DNA of 64,000 nt. It comes from Chrysomallon squamiferum. Taxonomy: Eukaryota > Animalia > Mollusca. The stretch lies in the NCBI GenBank assembly GCA_012295275.1, contig CM022676.1, positions 11,470,001-11,534,000 of the forward strand, read 5' to 3'. Below, piece by piece: positions 1 through 18,320 of this stretch. A program made the translations under genes and the position numbers. Below the pieces are notes generated by a model. The model was not told where the DNA came from. It saw only the letters and a program-made list of their open reading frames with translations, and made no database searches. Each line of letters opens with the position of its first letter. Within the stretch, counting starts at the first letter, position 1.

Positions 1-321
1 ACTAAATTATTATTTCTTGAAATAATTCAGTTTATTCCCTATGAGGAAATAATTTTAAGGAAACAGTGTTTTAGTCAGTATTTTCACAAAATCTGTAATT
101 CTCCATCTGCTATTTGTTAAGGAAATATGGTAATTTAAAAATTAATGTGTATTAAAATAAACTTAAATAGATGTTGATATTTAAAAAAAATTATATTGAG
201 GGCATTAGGAATATTACATTCTAACTAACATTTTATTTGTGGTATTTTATTCAGTAGATGATCTTACAAATGAAATTTAAATTGTATTTCTAGTATTTAT
301 GAATTTTAATTTACATTTTAG

Positions 322-4433
<4,112 letters not shown>

Positions 4434-7400
4434 CGTCAGCCCTCGCTTAACTCTAGGTGTTTGAAAAATTTCTTTTTTAAATAAAAAGATGGCCTCCTGT
4501 TTGGCGAGTTTCCCCCCAGCCGGTGTGTGTGTGGGGGGGCGGGCCAGTAGGGCGGGTGTCGCGGCGAGGGTAAAAACTAGTTTTTTTTTTATCTTAGAGA
4601 GGAGTAACATCGCCAAAGAAGTTGATTGAGGCTATGACACTGAGGTTACCGCGGTTACAGCTCAAGGCATTTCAGAACGCGGGCAGTTGCAACGCCCGAA
4701 CCCTGACCCCCAGAGGCAGCCCCTCTGCCCACTGTGTTAGTAGAGAGACGTGGGTGTGTCCTCCACATCCCGGAGCGCGAGGGCTCGCCCAGCCCAAGCT
4801 GAGAGGTGGAAAAAGGAAAACATTTGTTACTGCTAAAAGAGTGTGGCTGATGTGGACAGAGATATTGCAACATAGGTTACACTTTTTTTTAATTGTTATC
4901 AGAGATTTGTTTTACAGCAGAACTTTAAATTGTTGGATTCACTGCAGCACAGGTTACACTTTTATCTGATTTCTTACTGCAGGAGTTACATTTTATTTGT
5001 TAAAAGTTTTCGTACAGCAGAAGATACACTTTTAATCTGTTGTCAAGGCAACAAAAAACAAACTTACGTGTTGTCGGAGATTCGACTCAGCAGGAGATTC
5101 GCTTTTATCTGTTGTCAGAGACTGAAAAAGACTTCTCAGGTTCACAGATAAAAAAAAGACAACTTGAGTGTGAGGAGTTGAAGAATACCTCTTTGTTTGG
5201 GCAGGGTGTGAACGTCGTTTAATGCCAAATGAAAACTGTCAGAAAACAAAATTCTTTGTAAATAGTTCTTCTGTGTGCATCGGGCGTATGTTGTACTTTT
5301 ACTTATCAGCGTGGCGTGGTCTGACTTCCAGTCCTGCAGCAATGGTTCTTTTAGATTGTTCTCTCTTCCAGTTTGTTCTTTTAGTAATACTCACAGAGGT
5401 CTGCATTATTTATTAACCCCAACAGTGCCCCACTACTGAGGGTTTGTGTTGATCCCAAAAGTGCCCCACAGTTAAAAGAAAACTGCTTCCTGTGTCTGTC
5501 AGAGCACAGTCCTGTTCAATATTACTATTTTTATTCTTTTTTTTTTCTTTTTTTTTTTAATTTAAAATTTCTAAATAAAAAAATTATTAGTTAAGGGATA
5601 ATATGATACTTAAAAATTGTATTATCTTCTGAATCCAATTCAGGACCGGGCCAAATTCCACAGATGGGATAAATTGATATTTTTAATTTATTTATAGCTT
5701 TTTGGGATAAATTAAAAAGTTTAGAAATCTACTCCCCCCCACCCATGTCAGGCTGCTTGTGATGAGCCCAGAAAATTCTTTTCCCCCCTTCCCAGGAATA
5801 ATATTTTGTCCTGCATGCTGTTTTGACTAGAAATCTTTCTTTGGAATTTTTTTTTTTTTTTTTTTTTTTCTTGTACAAATTGTGAAATTTTCATTTTACT
5901 CAGTTTGAGGATATAAATAATACGGAATCAAAACTTATTTATTAACTCAGTTCATTCTTCCTTGCTGATGCTTTTTGTGAAACGGAGGAAGTTCCACACA
6001 AACTGTTGCTTATTATTCTGTTGCCACGACTGTTAGACGTGTGTGACAGGCTCCTCTTGTACATTGAATATGTTATAATGTCACTATTTATTGACAAATC
6101 ATTTTTAGATAGACAATTACAGTATACACGGTGAATTCTCCAACTCATCAACAGAACGGCCAGTTTCACAAACCATGTAACCAGCTTTATCACCAATATC
6201 TCATTTTATTTATTTAATTATATATATATTTTAGTTCATCTGTTTTTAGCAAATTTTCATTATCTTTACTTTTAAAAATATTAAATTGATGCTTTTTTTT
6301 TTTTTTTTTTTTTTTTTTTTCCCCAGATAATTTAAAAGTTAAAAATGTTATTTGTAGAATGAAAATGAAAATGCATTCCTTTTGTAACAGAGAAAAAAAA
6401 TGATGTCAAAATAATTTATTCTTTAGGCAGCTGAAACTGGTCAGTTTTATGACATTTACTTTTATTTGCACCACTTGCCAAAAATTAAAAAAAGTAAACT
6501 TTTATGCAAGTGAAAATGGCCGTTCTTTTGATTCTGTACAGAGCAGAGTTGTTAGCTGTGTGATTGGTTTCCATGGAAACCAGACACTGTCAGATTCTGG
6601 TTTCCACTGAAACCATGGCAACTGAAACCAAGTGTTATATTTGCTTTAAGCATAATGTTTGCAAGAGTGTAAATTTCACACTGAAAATGTAAGAAGAATC
6701 GTATACATGGTTTGTGTTGTGTAAAAACACCCAGGCTGTTACTAGTAAACTTACTAAAACTGTGACAACACAGTTTTCTCTTCTACGTGATAATTTTGTT
6801 GTTTTACAAGAGTCAAAAAACAAAATAAATTTTATTTTAATCTTTTCAGAAAATTTAACTTTGAGTGTTAGATGTAAAAAAAAAAAAATATTATTAAATC
6901 ATTTTTGAGAAGTGTTTTCACAAACCATGAATACGGGGGTAAAGGGAAGTAATTCTAGAATTTTGTGAAATCTGGTACCATTCAGTTTTATTTGTTACAC
7001 AAGAAGGTCACAGTATTTTTGTGTTTATGTGAAGATCCATGTTGTGCTTGTCACACAGTGAACAATCATTTCCATTACAATTACTGTGTCTTTATAAATA
7101 AATTCTAAATATTTAAAAAGATTAAACTTGTAATTACTTCCATAAAGATTTTTTTTTCTTAATTGAATTATAAAATTAATAAACAGTATATATATTTTAG
7201 TTCTGACCTAATTTAGCTCATTTATTTTTTCCCAACATATTTTCCTATTTTATTAATTTATTTTAGGTCAGTGTTCAAAAAAATGGGTACAAGAATATTT
7301 GAATGTTTATTTTTGTTGGTGAAGTATAAAACAGGAATTCTGTGACCGGATTATTAATGAAGTGTGACATCATTTTAATCAGTGAAGTGTGAAAATTATT

Positions 7401-9150
7401 ACATCTTGTTGATGTTATTTCATCCGTTACTTTCACGCTCTAATTCTTTCACTACATTTTTTTTTTTAATAAAAATATACTTTCTAATTCAGGCAATTTA
7501 AAAATTAATTTGTTTTGTTTGTTAAGAAAAAATATTTTATCTGTTTACCAGTGTTTCATTTCTGACTCCTGTTTTAATTGGTATTTTAAAATTTGTAAAT
7601 AAGAGCGTGAAAGTGTCGTGTACGTGCTGCCTCGCATAGATCACTGAACCCGACATTAAAAAGCTCAACTGCTCATTCGTTTTCTCGTTTTTCTTTCACA
7701 GGAGAGTTCCTTCATTTTGTGTAGATTTTAACAGTATTGTCTGAGACATTTCTTGTTTCTAAAATGTTCTAAACAGTATTTTCTTTTTTAGACATACATT
7801 TCTTATATCTTTCTGTAATATACACATTAATGTCACCATCTTTGTCAGATTTCTTCACTGAAAACATCATTCATTCATTGACATTTATTTATTAATTTCT
7901 AGAATTTTAAACAGTGACAGATAAACATTCGTCATTCATCATCGATAATAGACCGTCTTTTTCTTGATTTCATTTCAAGAAAGAAAGATTTAAATGATTA
8001 TTTTAACTGTATTTTTGTTTCTACGATGATGATGTGGTTAAACTGGGGTGAATAACCTCTGAGCTAATGGGAGACTAACTGCAGCTACACATACATCTAT
8101 CCAGTGACACGAAAAAAAAAAAAAAGGATTGTAGTGTTTGGACGTACATTGCACATTTATTTCTACATCTGTAACAGTTCTACCATTCGTTCCTTCCTCT
8201 CTAAAGAGTTCTCTGAATTTCAGTATCACTCTTTCAGAACACATGTAAATCCTGTCATCAGATCATCTTTTAAGAAAGTATGTTTAATTTACAGAGCACT
8301 AGCTAGATTGTGAAAAGCACAATTTCTGAAAGTATCTGGAAACTGTTGTAGTCAGATGAACATGTATGGACATCTGCACACAGGACAAACAGCAGAACAA
8401 AGATTACAGTTTTATTAATGTCAGTGCACTTTCCTGGTCAAAACTTTCTACAAAAAGAAAAAATTTTTGTTTCTTAAATCACTATGACGTAACTTCTCAT
8501 CCAAGATATACAAGTAATTTCTTTTTAAATTGTTCTTCTCAAACAATTCAGGTCACAAAAGTCGTGTGAAATCAGTGAGTGATTTTTCAGACCATTCTCA
8601 AACCAAGGACATAAAATTTATGTTGACATGAAACAAAAATTTAAGATCTCGATCGGCAATATATTTAATAAAGCAAATTAAAAAAAAAAAAAAATGTATA
8701 GTTAAAAATAAAACTGAAGAGTTTTACATTTACTATTTTCCATCAACATTTTTCTCAAATGTTTATACCATGATTCATCAACATTGGATTTTCTTTTTGT
8801 ATAAATGGTAATAAATATATATATATATTTTTTTTTTAATGAAAAACAACAAATTCAAAGTAAGATAATGTTTTAAAAACAGAAGTCCAAAATGACACAA
8901 GTGATAGTCACAGTAAATGATATAATGTGTGGACTGGAGTACAGTCTTGTTGAACAGTACAGTAAAGTCTAGTTCACACTGTACAACTTGAAGAAACAAA
9001 ACTGGTGAACCTGTTTCAGTTTTGTCTTAAAATCATCATAAAATGAAAATCCATTTGAATCAGTCTACAGCAGCATGGTTTCCATGGTTACTGCTCACAG
9101 CAGAAACGTGTAAAAACAACAGTTCTATTCTTATTTTCAACCCATTCTTT

Positions 9151-12100
9151 TTATTTCTTCGGAGGCGGCCTGAAAAGACAAAATTATAAAGTGACAATAT
9201 TTAATTAATAGCAATTTCATATTTACTTAAAACTATAAAAAAAACCTAATTTAAAATACTTGAAATTTTTCAAAAAAGTCTTTTTAAAATAGAACTACCA
9301 TTACAAATACTGTAGACTTTGTTGATAAAAAAATAATAACAATAAAAAAAAATAAATGAATATAAGAAACTGAAAGATCAGTGTTACTGTTAACAACTAC
9401 TGACCTGTAACAGCCTACTACTACAACTACTGACCTGTAACAGCCTACTACTACAGCGTGGTCTCGCTCAGTGTTACTGTTAACAACTACTGACCTGTAA
9501 CAGCCTACTACTACAACTACTGACCTGTAACAGCCTACTACTACAGCGTGGTCTCGCTCAGTGTTACTGTTAACAACTACTGACCTGTAACAGCCTACTA
9601 CTACAACTACTGACCTGTAACAGCCTACTACTACAGCGTGGTCTCGCTCAGTGTTACTGTTAACAACTACTGACCTGTAACAGCCTACTACTACAACTAC
9701 TGACCTGTAACAGCCTACTACTACAGCGTGGTCTCGCTCAGTGTTACTGTTAACAACTACTGACCTGTAACAGCCTACTACTACAGCGTGGTCTCACTCA
9801 GTGTTACTGTTAACAACTACTGACCTGTAACAGCTGACTACTACACGCTCAGTGTTACTGTTAACAACTACTGACCTGTAACAGCCTACTACTACAGCGT
9901 GGTCTCACTCAGTGTTACTGTTAACAACTACTGACCTGTAACAGCTGACTACTACAGCGTGGTCTCACTCAGTGTTACTGTTAACAACTACTGACCTGTA
10001 ACAGCCCACTACTACAACTACTGACCTGTAACAGCTGACTACTACAGCGTGGTCTCGCTCAGTGTTACTGTTAACAACTACTGACCTGTAACAGCTGACT
10101 ACTACAGCGTGGTCTCGCTCAGTGTTACTGTTAACAACTACTGACCTGTAACAGCTGACTACTACAACTACTGACCTGTAACAGCTGACTACTACAGCGT
10201 GGTCTCACTCAGTGTTACTGTTAACAACTACTGACCTGTAACAGCTGACTACTACAACTACTGACCTGTAACAGCTGACTACTACAGCGTGGTCTCGCTC
10301 AGTGTTACTGTTAACAACTACTGACCTGTAACAGCTGACTACTACAACTACTGACCTGTAACAGCCCACTACTACAGCGTGGTCTCGCTCAGTGTTACTG
10401 TTAACAACTACTGACCTGTAACAGCTGACTACTACAGCGTGGTCTCGCTCAGTGTTACTGTTAACAACTACTGACCTGTAACAGCCGACTACTACAGCGT
10501 GGTCTCGCTCAGTGTTACTGTTAACAACTACTGACCTGTAACAGCCGACTACTACAGCGTGGTCTCGCTCAGTGTTACTGTTAACAACTACTGACCTGTA
10601 ACAGCCGACTACTACAGCATGGTATCGCTCAGTGTTACTGTTAACAACTACTGACCTGTAACAGCCAACTACTACAACTACTGACCTGTAACAGCCTACT
10701 ACTACAGCGTGGTCTCGCTCAGTGTTACTGTTAACAACTACTGACCTGTAACAGCCGACTACTACAGCGTGGTCTCGCTCAGTGTTACTGTTAACAACTA
10801 CTGACCTGTAACAGCCGACTACTACAGCGTGGTCTCGGCTCAGTGTTAGTGTGTTAACAACTACTGACCTGTAACAGCCGACTACTACAGCGTGGTCTCG
10901 CTCAGTGTTACTGTTAACAACTACTGACCTGTAACAGCCGACTACTACAGCGTGGTCTCACTCAGTGTTACTGTTAACAACTACTGACCTGTAACAGCCT
11001 ACTACTACAGCGTGGTCTCGCTCAGTGTTACTGTTAACAACTACTGACCTGTAACAGCCAACTACTACAACTACTGACCTGTAACAGCCTACTACTACAG
11101 CGTGGTCTCGCTCAGTGTTACTGTTAACAACTACTGACCTGTAACAGCCTACTCGCTCAGTGTTACTGTTAACAACTACTGACCTGTAACAGCCGACTAC
11201 TACAGCGTGGTCTCGCTCAGTGTTACTGTTAACAACTACTGACCTGTTAACAACTACAGCTACTGACCTGTAACAGCCGACTACTACAGCGTGGTCTCAC
11301 TCAGTGTTACTGTTAACAACTACTGACCTGTAACAGCTGACTACTACAGCTACTGACCTGTAACAGCTGACTACTACAGCGTGGTCTCACTCAGTGTTAC
11401 TGTTAACAACTACTGACCTGACTAGCGTGGTCAGCTCAGTGTTACTGTTAACAACTACTGACCTGTAACAGCCGACTACTACAGCGTGGTCTCGCTCAGT
11501 GTTACTGTTAACAACTACTGACCTGTAACAGCTGACTACTACAGCTACTGACCTGTAACAGCCGACTACTACAGCGTGGTCTCACTCAGTGTTACTGTTA
11601 ACAACTACTGACCTGTAACAGCTGACTACTACAGCGTGGTCTCACTCAGTGTTACTGTTAACAACTACTGACCTGTAACAGCTGACTACTACAGCGTGGT
11701 CTCGCTCAGTGTTACTGTTAACAACTACTGACCTGTAACAGCTGACTACTACAGCGTGGTCTCGCTCAGTGTTACTGTTAACAACTACTGACCTGTAACA
11801 GCTGACTACTACAACTACTGACCTGTAACAGCTGACTACTACAACTACTGACCTGTAACAGCTGACTACTACAGCGTGGTCTCACTCAGTGTTACTGTTA
11901 ACAACTACTGACCTGTAACAGCTGACTACTACAGCGTGGTCTCACTCAGTGTTACTGTTAACAACTACTGACCTGTAGCAGCCAACTACTACAGCGTGGT
12001 CTCACTCAGTGTTACTGTTAATAACTACTGACCTGTAACAGCCGACTACTACAGCGTGGTCTCGCTCAGTGTTACTGTTAACAACTACTGACCTGTAACA

Positions 12101-15100
12101 GCTGACTACTACAGCGTGGTCTCGCTCAGTGTTACTGTTAACAACTACTGACCTGTAACAGCTGACTACTACAGCGTGGTCTCACTCAGTGTTACTGTTA
12201 ACAACTACTGACCTGTAACAGCTGACTAACAGCGTGGACAGTGTTACTGTTAACAACTACTGACCTGTAACAGCTGACTACTACAACTACTGACCTGTAA
12301 CAGCTGACTACTACAACTACTGACCTGTAACAGCTGACTACTACAGCGTGGTCTCACTCAGTGTTACTGTTAACAACTACTGACCTGTAACAGCTGACTA
12401 CTACAGCGTGGTCTCACTCAGTGTTACTGTTAACAACTACTGACCTGTAGCAGCCAACTACTACAGCGTGGTCTCACTCAGTGTTACTGTTAATAACTAC
12501 TGACCTGTAACAGCCGACTACTACAGCGTGGTCTCGCTCAGTGTTACTGTTAACAACTACTGACCTGTAACAGCTAACTACTACAGCTACTGACCTGTAA
12601 CAGCCCACTACTACAACTACTGACCTGTAACAGCCAACTACTACAGCGTGGTCTCGCTCGTACGGCTCCAACGTCAGCTGTTCCTGAGGTTTTATTTTTT
12701 CACTTTTCAGTTTGTTCACCTCGGCCGCGAACACAGCTTCAGGCTCTGCTGTGGAGTCGATGCAGTTTGCCTGAAAAACAAACAAACAAATTAATAAACA
12801 AACAAACAAACAAATAAACAAACAAACAAATTAATAAAAAGAGTTTAAATTGTTCAGGGGTTGCTGAACACAAACTATCACTTAAGGAAACTCCTCAATT
12901 CACTGCTTGTGATGGAAAACGTAACTTGTTTGTGAAAGGAACACATTACATGCATCCTGAGGATTAACTGTGATGTATGATTAGAGAAACATCCACACCT
13001 CTCTACCAGTTTGATTTTATTTCTCTACACACACAGATCTCTCTACATCTCTACCAGTTTGATTTTATTTCTCTACACACACAGATCTCTCTACATATCT
13101 ACCAGTTTGATCTCTCTACACCTCTCTACCAGTTTGATTTTATTTCTCTACACACACAGATCTCTCTACATCTCTACCAGTTTGATTTTATTTCTCTACA
13201 CACACAGATCTCTCTACATCTCTACCAGTTTGATTTTATTTCTCTACACACACAGATCTCTCTACATATCTACCAGTTTGATTTTATTTCTCTACACATA
13301 CAGATCTCTCTACATATCTACCCAGGCATAAAACCTGAGAAAATTCACCTTTATAGATATGACGACGTGGCCGCAGTTTTTCAGAAAGTAATGTGCATTG
13401 ATGGCAACAATTCTCGCTTGATCAGGCTGAGCTACATCAGCAAATATTGTGTCAACCATACCTGTAACAACAACAACAACTTAATAATAATAATAATGTT
13501 GATAGTAATGATGATAATCATAATAACAAAATGTTTAAAATTATATATTATCACACACATAACAATATTGACTGTAATATGCTTGTTATATAAATACATG
13601 TTTAATTAAATATTGTATTAAATATATTATTACATGATATGCAAAAGTGTAATACACAAATATAATAGTAATTAATTTAATATTACATATATGTCGATAC
13701 ATGCCATACACTTCTGATAATGCATTTCAATTAATTTTACTAAATGTAACGTATTAAAATATGAAAATAAAAAACCATCCACAGTATGCATGATAAAACA
13801 AATTCAGAATTAAACAGACATGCTGCCAGTGACAGTTATAAAACAAACACATTCAATAATAATTTGTCACAATAATAATATATCACAACTTTAATTAGTT
13901 AGTTTATTCTGTGTTAACAAGTCAACAGGAAATTTACACTTACTATTAACTAAATAATAGAATTTAAACAAGTAATTCACTCACCTACTAACATTCTGTA
14001 CTTGTGGGGGTGTCTGGCGTCTTCGATGATGGGAATGATGTTTGGTCGTTTCTTAGCAACATTGATCAAGTCTCGCCCACTGCGATGTGAAAACTCTACA
14101 GCGTAAACTAAACCTTCCTAGAAAAACAAGTTCACATTCCTAGAAAAACTAGTTCACATTTCTAGAAACATATAGAAAAGTTAATTCACATTTCTAGAAA
14201 CATATAAAATTAATTCACATTTCTAGAAAACTGGACAATCAAAAAAAAAATAATCAAAAAAAAATAAAAGCTAATTAAAAATTCCAACACCCAAATAATT
14301 TAATTTTTAGCAACAAATGGAAAGAACAGAAAACATTTTTAGATTTAAAAAATAAATTGATCTTTTAGAAAACAAACATTAGATTTCTAGAAAAAATAAA
14401 AAAATAAATAAATAAAAGGTTTGTTAAAAAAATGCAAAACTATAAAAAAAATGAAAAAAAGATGAAAAATAAAAACTAGGTTACTTTTTATAAGATGTAC
14501 CATTTGAAGAATGAAACAAAGAAAGATAAAAACAACAAACAAAAAAACCCCTAAATTTTCCATTAGATGAAAACCATAGAAAACATTCAAAAATAAATAA
14601 ATATTCACAACACTGTCTTCATAAACCTACTCAGTCTGAATGCCTGTATTTTGAAAGGAAAGGGTTTTTAAAGCGTGGCAGTACATACCGGCCCCACCAT
14701 GTCTGAAACATGGCTGACTGTTGTGCCGGATGCTGCACCCAGGTACAAAACTTTGGAGCCAGGTTTGATGTGGATGTGCTCCACCCCACCCAATATGGCT
14801 GCCGCAAGTTTAGATCTGAATGGATTCCATGCTCTGTACTCAATTTTCTTATCTCCATCCTGGAAGACAACAACACAAATTATTTATTTTTCACAAATAC
14901 TGTTGAAGCTGTGTAAATTATAGCAGCATACATTTGTAACAGAAACAAACTACTAAAAACCATAGCAACCACGGATACTTTATTCTCTGAATTTGAAATC
15001 TATTCTGGCATTAAGAAGATAAAAATATTAAATTATATTTACACTCAGAAACAATTACATAGTTTAAATTAAAATTGTCTGTCTGTGGAATTTGGTGTTT

Positions 15101-18100
15101 AGTTTTTAATAATTATTTAAAGAAATTAAATTTGACATCAATAAATAGTAATTATAAAAGCAGTTTTTAACTTTCAGTCGTTGAGACTGCAGTAAGTTTT
15201 GCATAAAAATATTTGCTTTATTTTTGAGGCTAAAGCCACAGTTTCGTATAAACCTATTTAACAGATTTCTAAGTTAAGCCACAGTTTCGTATAAACCTAT
15301 TTAACAGATTTCTGAGTTAAGCCAGTGTTTTGTATAAACCTATTTAACAGATTTCTGAGTTAAGCCACAGTTTTGTATAAAAATGTTTAAATAGATTTCT
15401 GAGTTAAGCCACAGTTTCGTATAAAAATATTTAATAGATTTCTGAGTTAAGCCACAGTTTCATATAAAAATATTTAATAGCTTTCCGAGTTAAGCCACAG
15501 TTTCGTACCTCTACACTGATTCTCTTTTCTCCATACACGGAGTCACCTGGGACCATGTTTAGTGTGACCAGTGCGTCCTCCTTCCCCCGAGCAATAAACA
15601 CACCTGTAAATTATTAATTACACTTTTACAAACACACCTGTAAATTATTAATTACACTTTTACACAAAAACACCTGTAAATTATTAATTACATTTTTACA
15701 CAAACACAACTGTAAATTTTTAATTACTTTTACACAAACACACCTGTAAATTATTAATTACACTTTTGCACAAACACACCTGTAAATTATTAATTACATT
15801 TTTACACAAACACAACTGTAATTTATTAATTACATTTTTACACAAAAACACCTGTAATTACAGAAATTACTAATTATACAATATTTCCTGTAATAAGCAG
15901 ACATAAAAGAAAAACAGTATTTTCTTCATATATTTCTTATCTTGCACCTTATAGTAAATACATTTTTCTCATGTTAAAAATACACATAAAAACATATAAA
16001 ATATTTTCTTTGTAATTCCATTTCATTATGTTTTTGTATTTGATTATAATTAATGTTGAAACATAATTATCTTAGTTTAATGCTTTTTCAGAATCAAGTT
16101 TGGAGTTACACTGGCTGCATTTCAATAAATAACAACAAAAATAAAAAACAAAACAAATACACACTACAGATTATAACTAAATTTATTAACATTAAAGGTC
16201 AAGGGGAGATAATTCAGTAAAAAATATGAGAAAGCAAAACAAACCTTCATGTCTGTGAGGTTCAACAATAACCTTCCTTCCTCCTCTCATACCTCCTACA
16301 AAATATATCAGTTATATACCTACTACAAAATATATCAGTTATATACCTACTACATAATATATCAGTTATATACCTACTACATAATATATCAGTTATATAC
16401 CTCCTACATAATATATCAGTTATATACCTCCTACATAATATATCACTTATATACCTCCTACATAATATATCAGTTATATATCTCCTACATAATATATCAC
16501 TTATATATCATACCTCCCACAAAATATATCAGTTATATACCTCCTACATAATATATCAGTTATATACCTCCTACATAATATATCACTTATATACCTCCTA
16601 CATAATATATCAGTTATATACCTCCTACATAATATATCACTTATATATCATACCTCCCACAAAATATATCAGTTATATACCTCCTACATAATATATCACT
16701 TATATACCTCCTACATAATATATCAGTTATATACCTACTACATAATATATCAGTTATATACCTACTACATAATATATCAGTTATATACCTACTACATAAT
16801 ATATCAGTTATATACCTCCTACATAATATATCAGTTATATATCTACTACATAATATATCACTTATATACCTCCTACATAATATATCACTTATATACCTCC
16901 TACATAATATATCAGTTATATACCTACTACATAATATATCACTTATATACCTCCTACATAATATATCAGCTATATATCATACCTCCTACATAATATATCA
17001 CTTATATATCATACCTCCCACAAAATATATCAGTTATATACCTACTACATAATATATCAGTTATATATCTCCTACATAATATATCATTTATATATCATAC
17101 CTCCTACATAATATATCAGCTATATATCATACATCCTACAAAATATATCAGTTAATATCATATCTCCTACAAAATATATCAGATACATATCTTCTTCAAA
17201 ATATATCACTTATATATCATATCTCCTACAAAATATGTCAGTTAAATATTACATCTCCTTCAAAACATATCAATTATATATATATTATTCCTTCTACAAA
17301 ATATATTAGTTAATTGTTATTACTCCTACAGATAATTTAGTTATATTATGCATCCTATAAAAATTGTTAAATACAAGTAAAATATTAAGATCTTCCTATG
17401 ATGGGATCTTTTAATTATATCCTCTACAAAATACAGTTAAAGGATTTATAATGTATAACTGATATTAAGTACAGTTTTAGTTTATATCAGTTATATTTTA
17501 CAACCATTATTACCTAAATATCTGTAGATATAAAAAAAAAAAATGTCTACTTTGGTTGTTGGAAGACAGTACATACCTCTCCCCCCACGGCCTCTGTCTC
17601 CCCCACCTCTTCCTCGAAATCCACCACCTCGCCCTCCTCTGTCACCGCCACCGCGACTTCCCCTGAATCCACCTCGCCCTCCCCTATCCCCGCCCCTTCC
17701 ACCCCTATCACCTCCCCGACCACCTCGAAATCCACTACCCCTTGGTGAGAAACCTGAAAGAAGAAAAAACTTAAGTAAAACGATCACAAGTTTTTATTGT
17801 GTTTACATTATGATTATAAATATGAGAAAATAACAAATATATTTTTATAAAATCGAGGGGTTAGGGCGAGAAGGTCTCACTGCATATAATATATTTACGA
17901 AATCGAGATACTCACATACCAAAATAGTAATCTGTATTTTTAAATATTATTAAGTTTATTTTACTGATTTACGATTATTTAGTTTCATGATTTAACCAAG
18001 ATCGTTATTTATAATAACGATTTATTTATAAAGAAATAGTTATTAACATTTTAATTACGTTATTTAATTACGAAGACAACAATATACGATTTTAAAAGTT

Positions 18101-18265
18101 GTACAATATAATTTTTTTTTTTTTTTTTTTTTTAAAGTTACAGGAATAGTTGATAGAATATTGTACGGAACATAAAGACACCTCCATTTTAAAAGAAACA
18201 ATTATGAATTAGTAATCACAAGATACTCGGATAAAATAAAACAGATATTTACCTGGTCTACCCAT
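9151..18265 (-). CDS. FBL: Fibrillarin (rRNA 2'-O-methyltransferase); exons 18265-18253, 17753-17577, 16295-16245, 15603-15509, 14859-14689, 14117-13985, 13461-13349, 12770-12625, 9169-9151
   Basis: Spliced protein: MGRPGFSPRG-(RGG/GAR domain)[24 protein letters not shown]...VYGEKR...[19 protein letters not shown]...[18 protein letters not shown]...[14 protein letters not shown]...[17 protein letters not shown]...DVAQPDQ...ISIKANCIDST...[25 protein letters not shown]. All junctions are GT-AG and phase-consistent. Confidence 0.97.
9378..12658 (-). repeat. ~3.3-kb minisatellite filling the last fibrillarin intron; 60-bp unit plus 27-bp subunit, containing the exon-8 end and 5' splice site
   Basis: The minus-strand unit GAGCGAGACCACGCTGTAGTAGTYRGCTGTTACAG|GTCAGTAGTTGTTAACAGTAACACT repeats dozens of times. 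Its first copy is the genuine exon end ([12 protein letters not shown]). Confidence 0.95.
13000..13322. repeat. 48-bp minisatellite in fibrillarin intron 7
   Basis: CTACCAGTTTGATTTTATTTCTCTACACACACAGATCTCTCTACATCT x~6-7; explains the repetitive ORFs 12977..13609 and 13011..13331. Confidence 0.9.
15230..15507. repeat. ~43-bp minisatellite abutting the fibrillarin exon-4 donor
   Basis: TTAAGCCACAGTTTCGTATAAACCTATTTAACAGATTTCTGAG x~6; the last copy runs into the GT at 15508-15507. Confidence 0.85.
15596..15860 (-). repeat. ~35-37-bp repeat reiterating the fibrillarin exon-4 acceptor (TTTACAG|GTGTG)
   Basis: CACACCTGTAAATTATTAATTACACTTTTACA x~7 on the + strand. Confidence 0.85.
16289..17330 (-). 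repeat. 27-bp minisatellite reiterating the fibrillarin exon-3 acceptor (TGTAG|GAGGTAT)
   Basis: ATACCTCCTACATAATATATCAGTTAT x>30, degenerating with distance from the exon. Confidence 0.9.
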
Positions 18266-18320
18266 TGTCGTTTGCAAATAATTGTTTATTTTAAATATGT
18301 TTTAAAACCACACTAGCACG

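Noticed and set aside
9378-12658. CRISPR-like regular array
   Set aside because: No unique spacers, eukaryotic intron context and no cas genes; it is a minisatellite derived from the fibrillarin exon junction.
17543-17833. Pro-rich + strand ORF
   Set aside because: Antisense shadow of the fibrillarin GAR/RGG exon.
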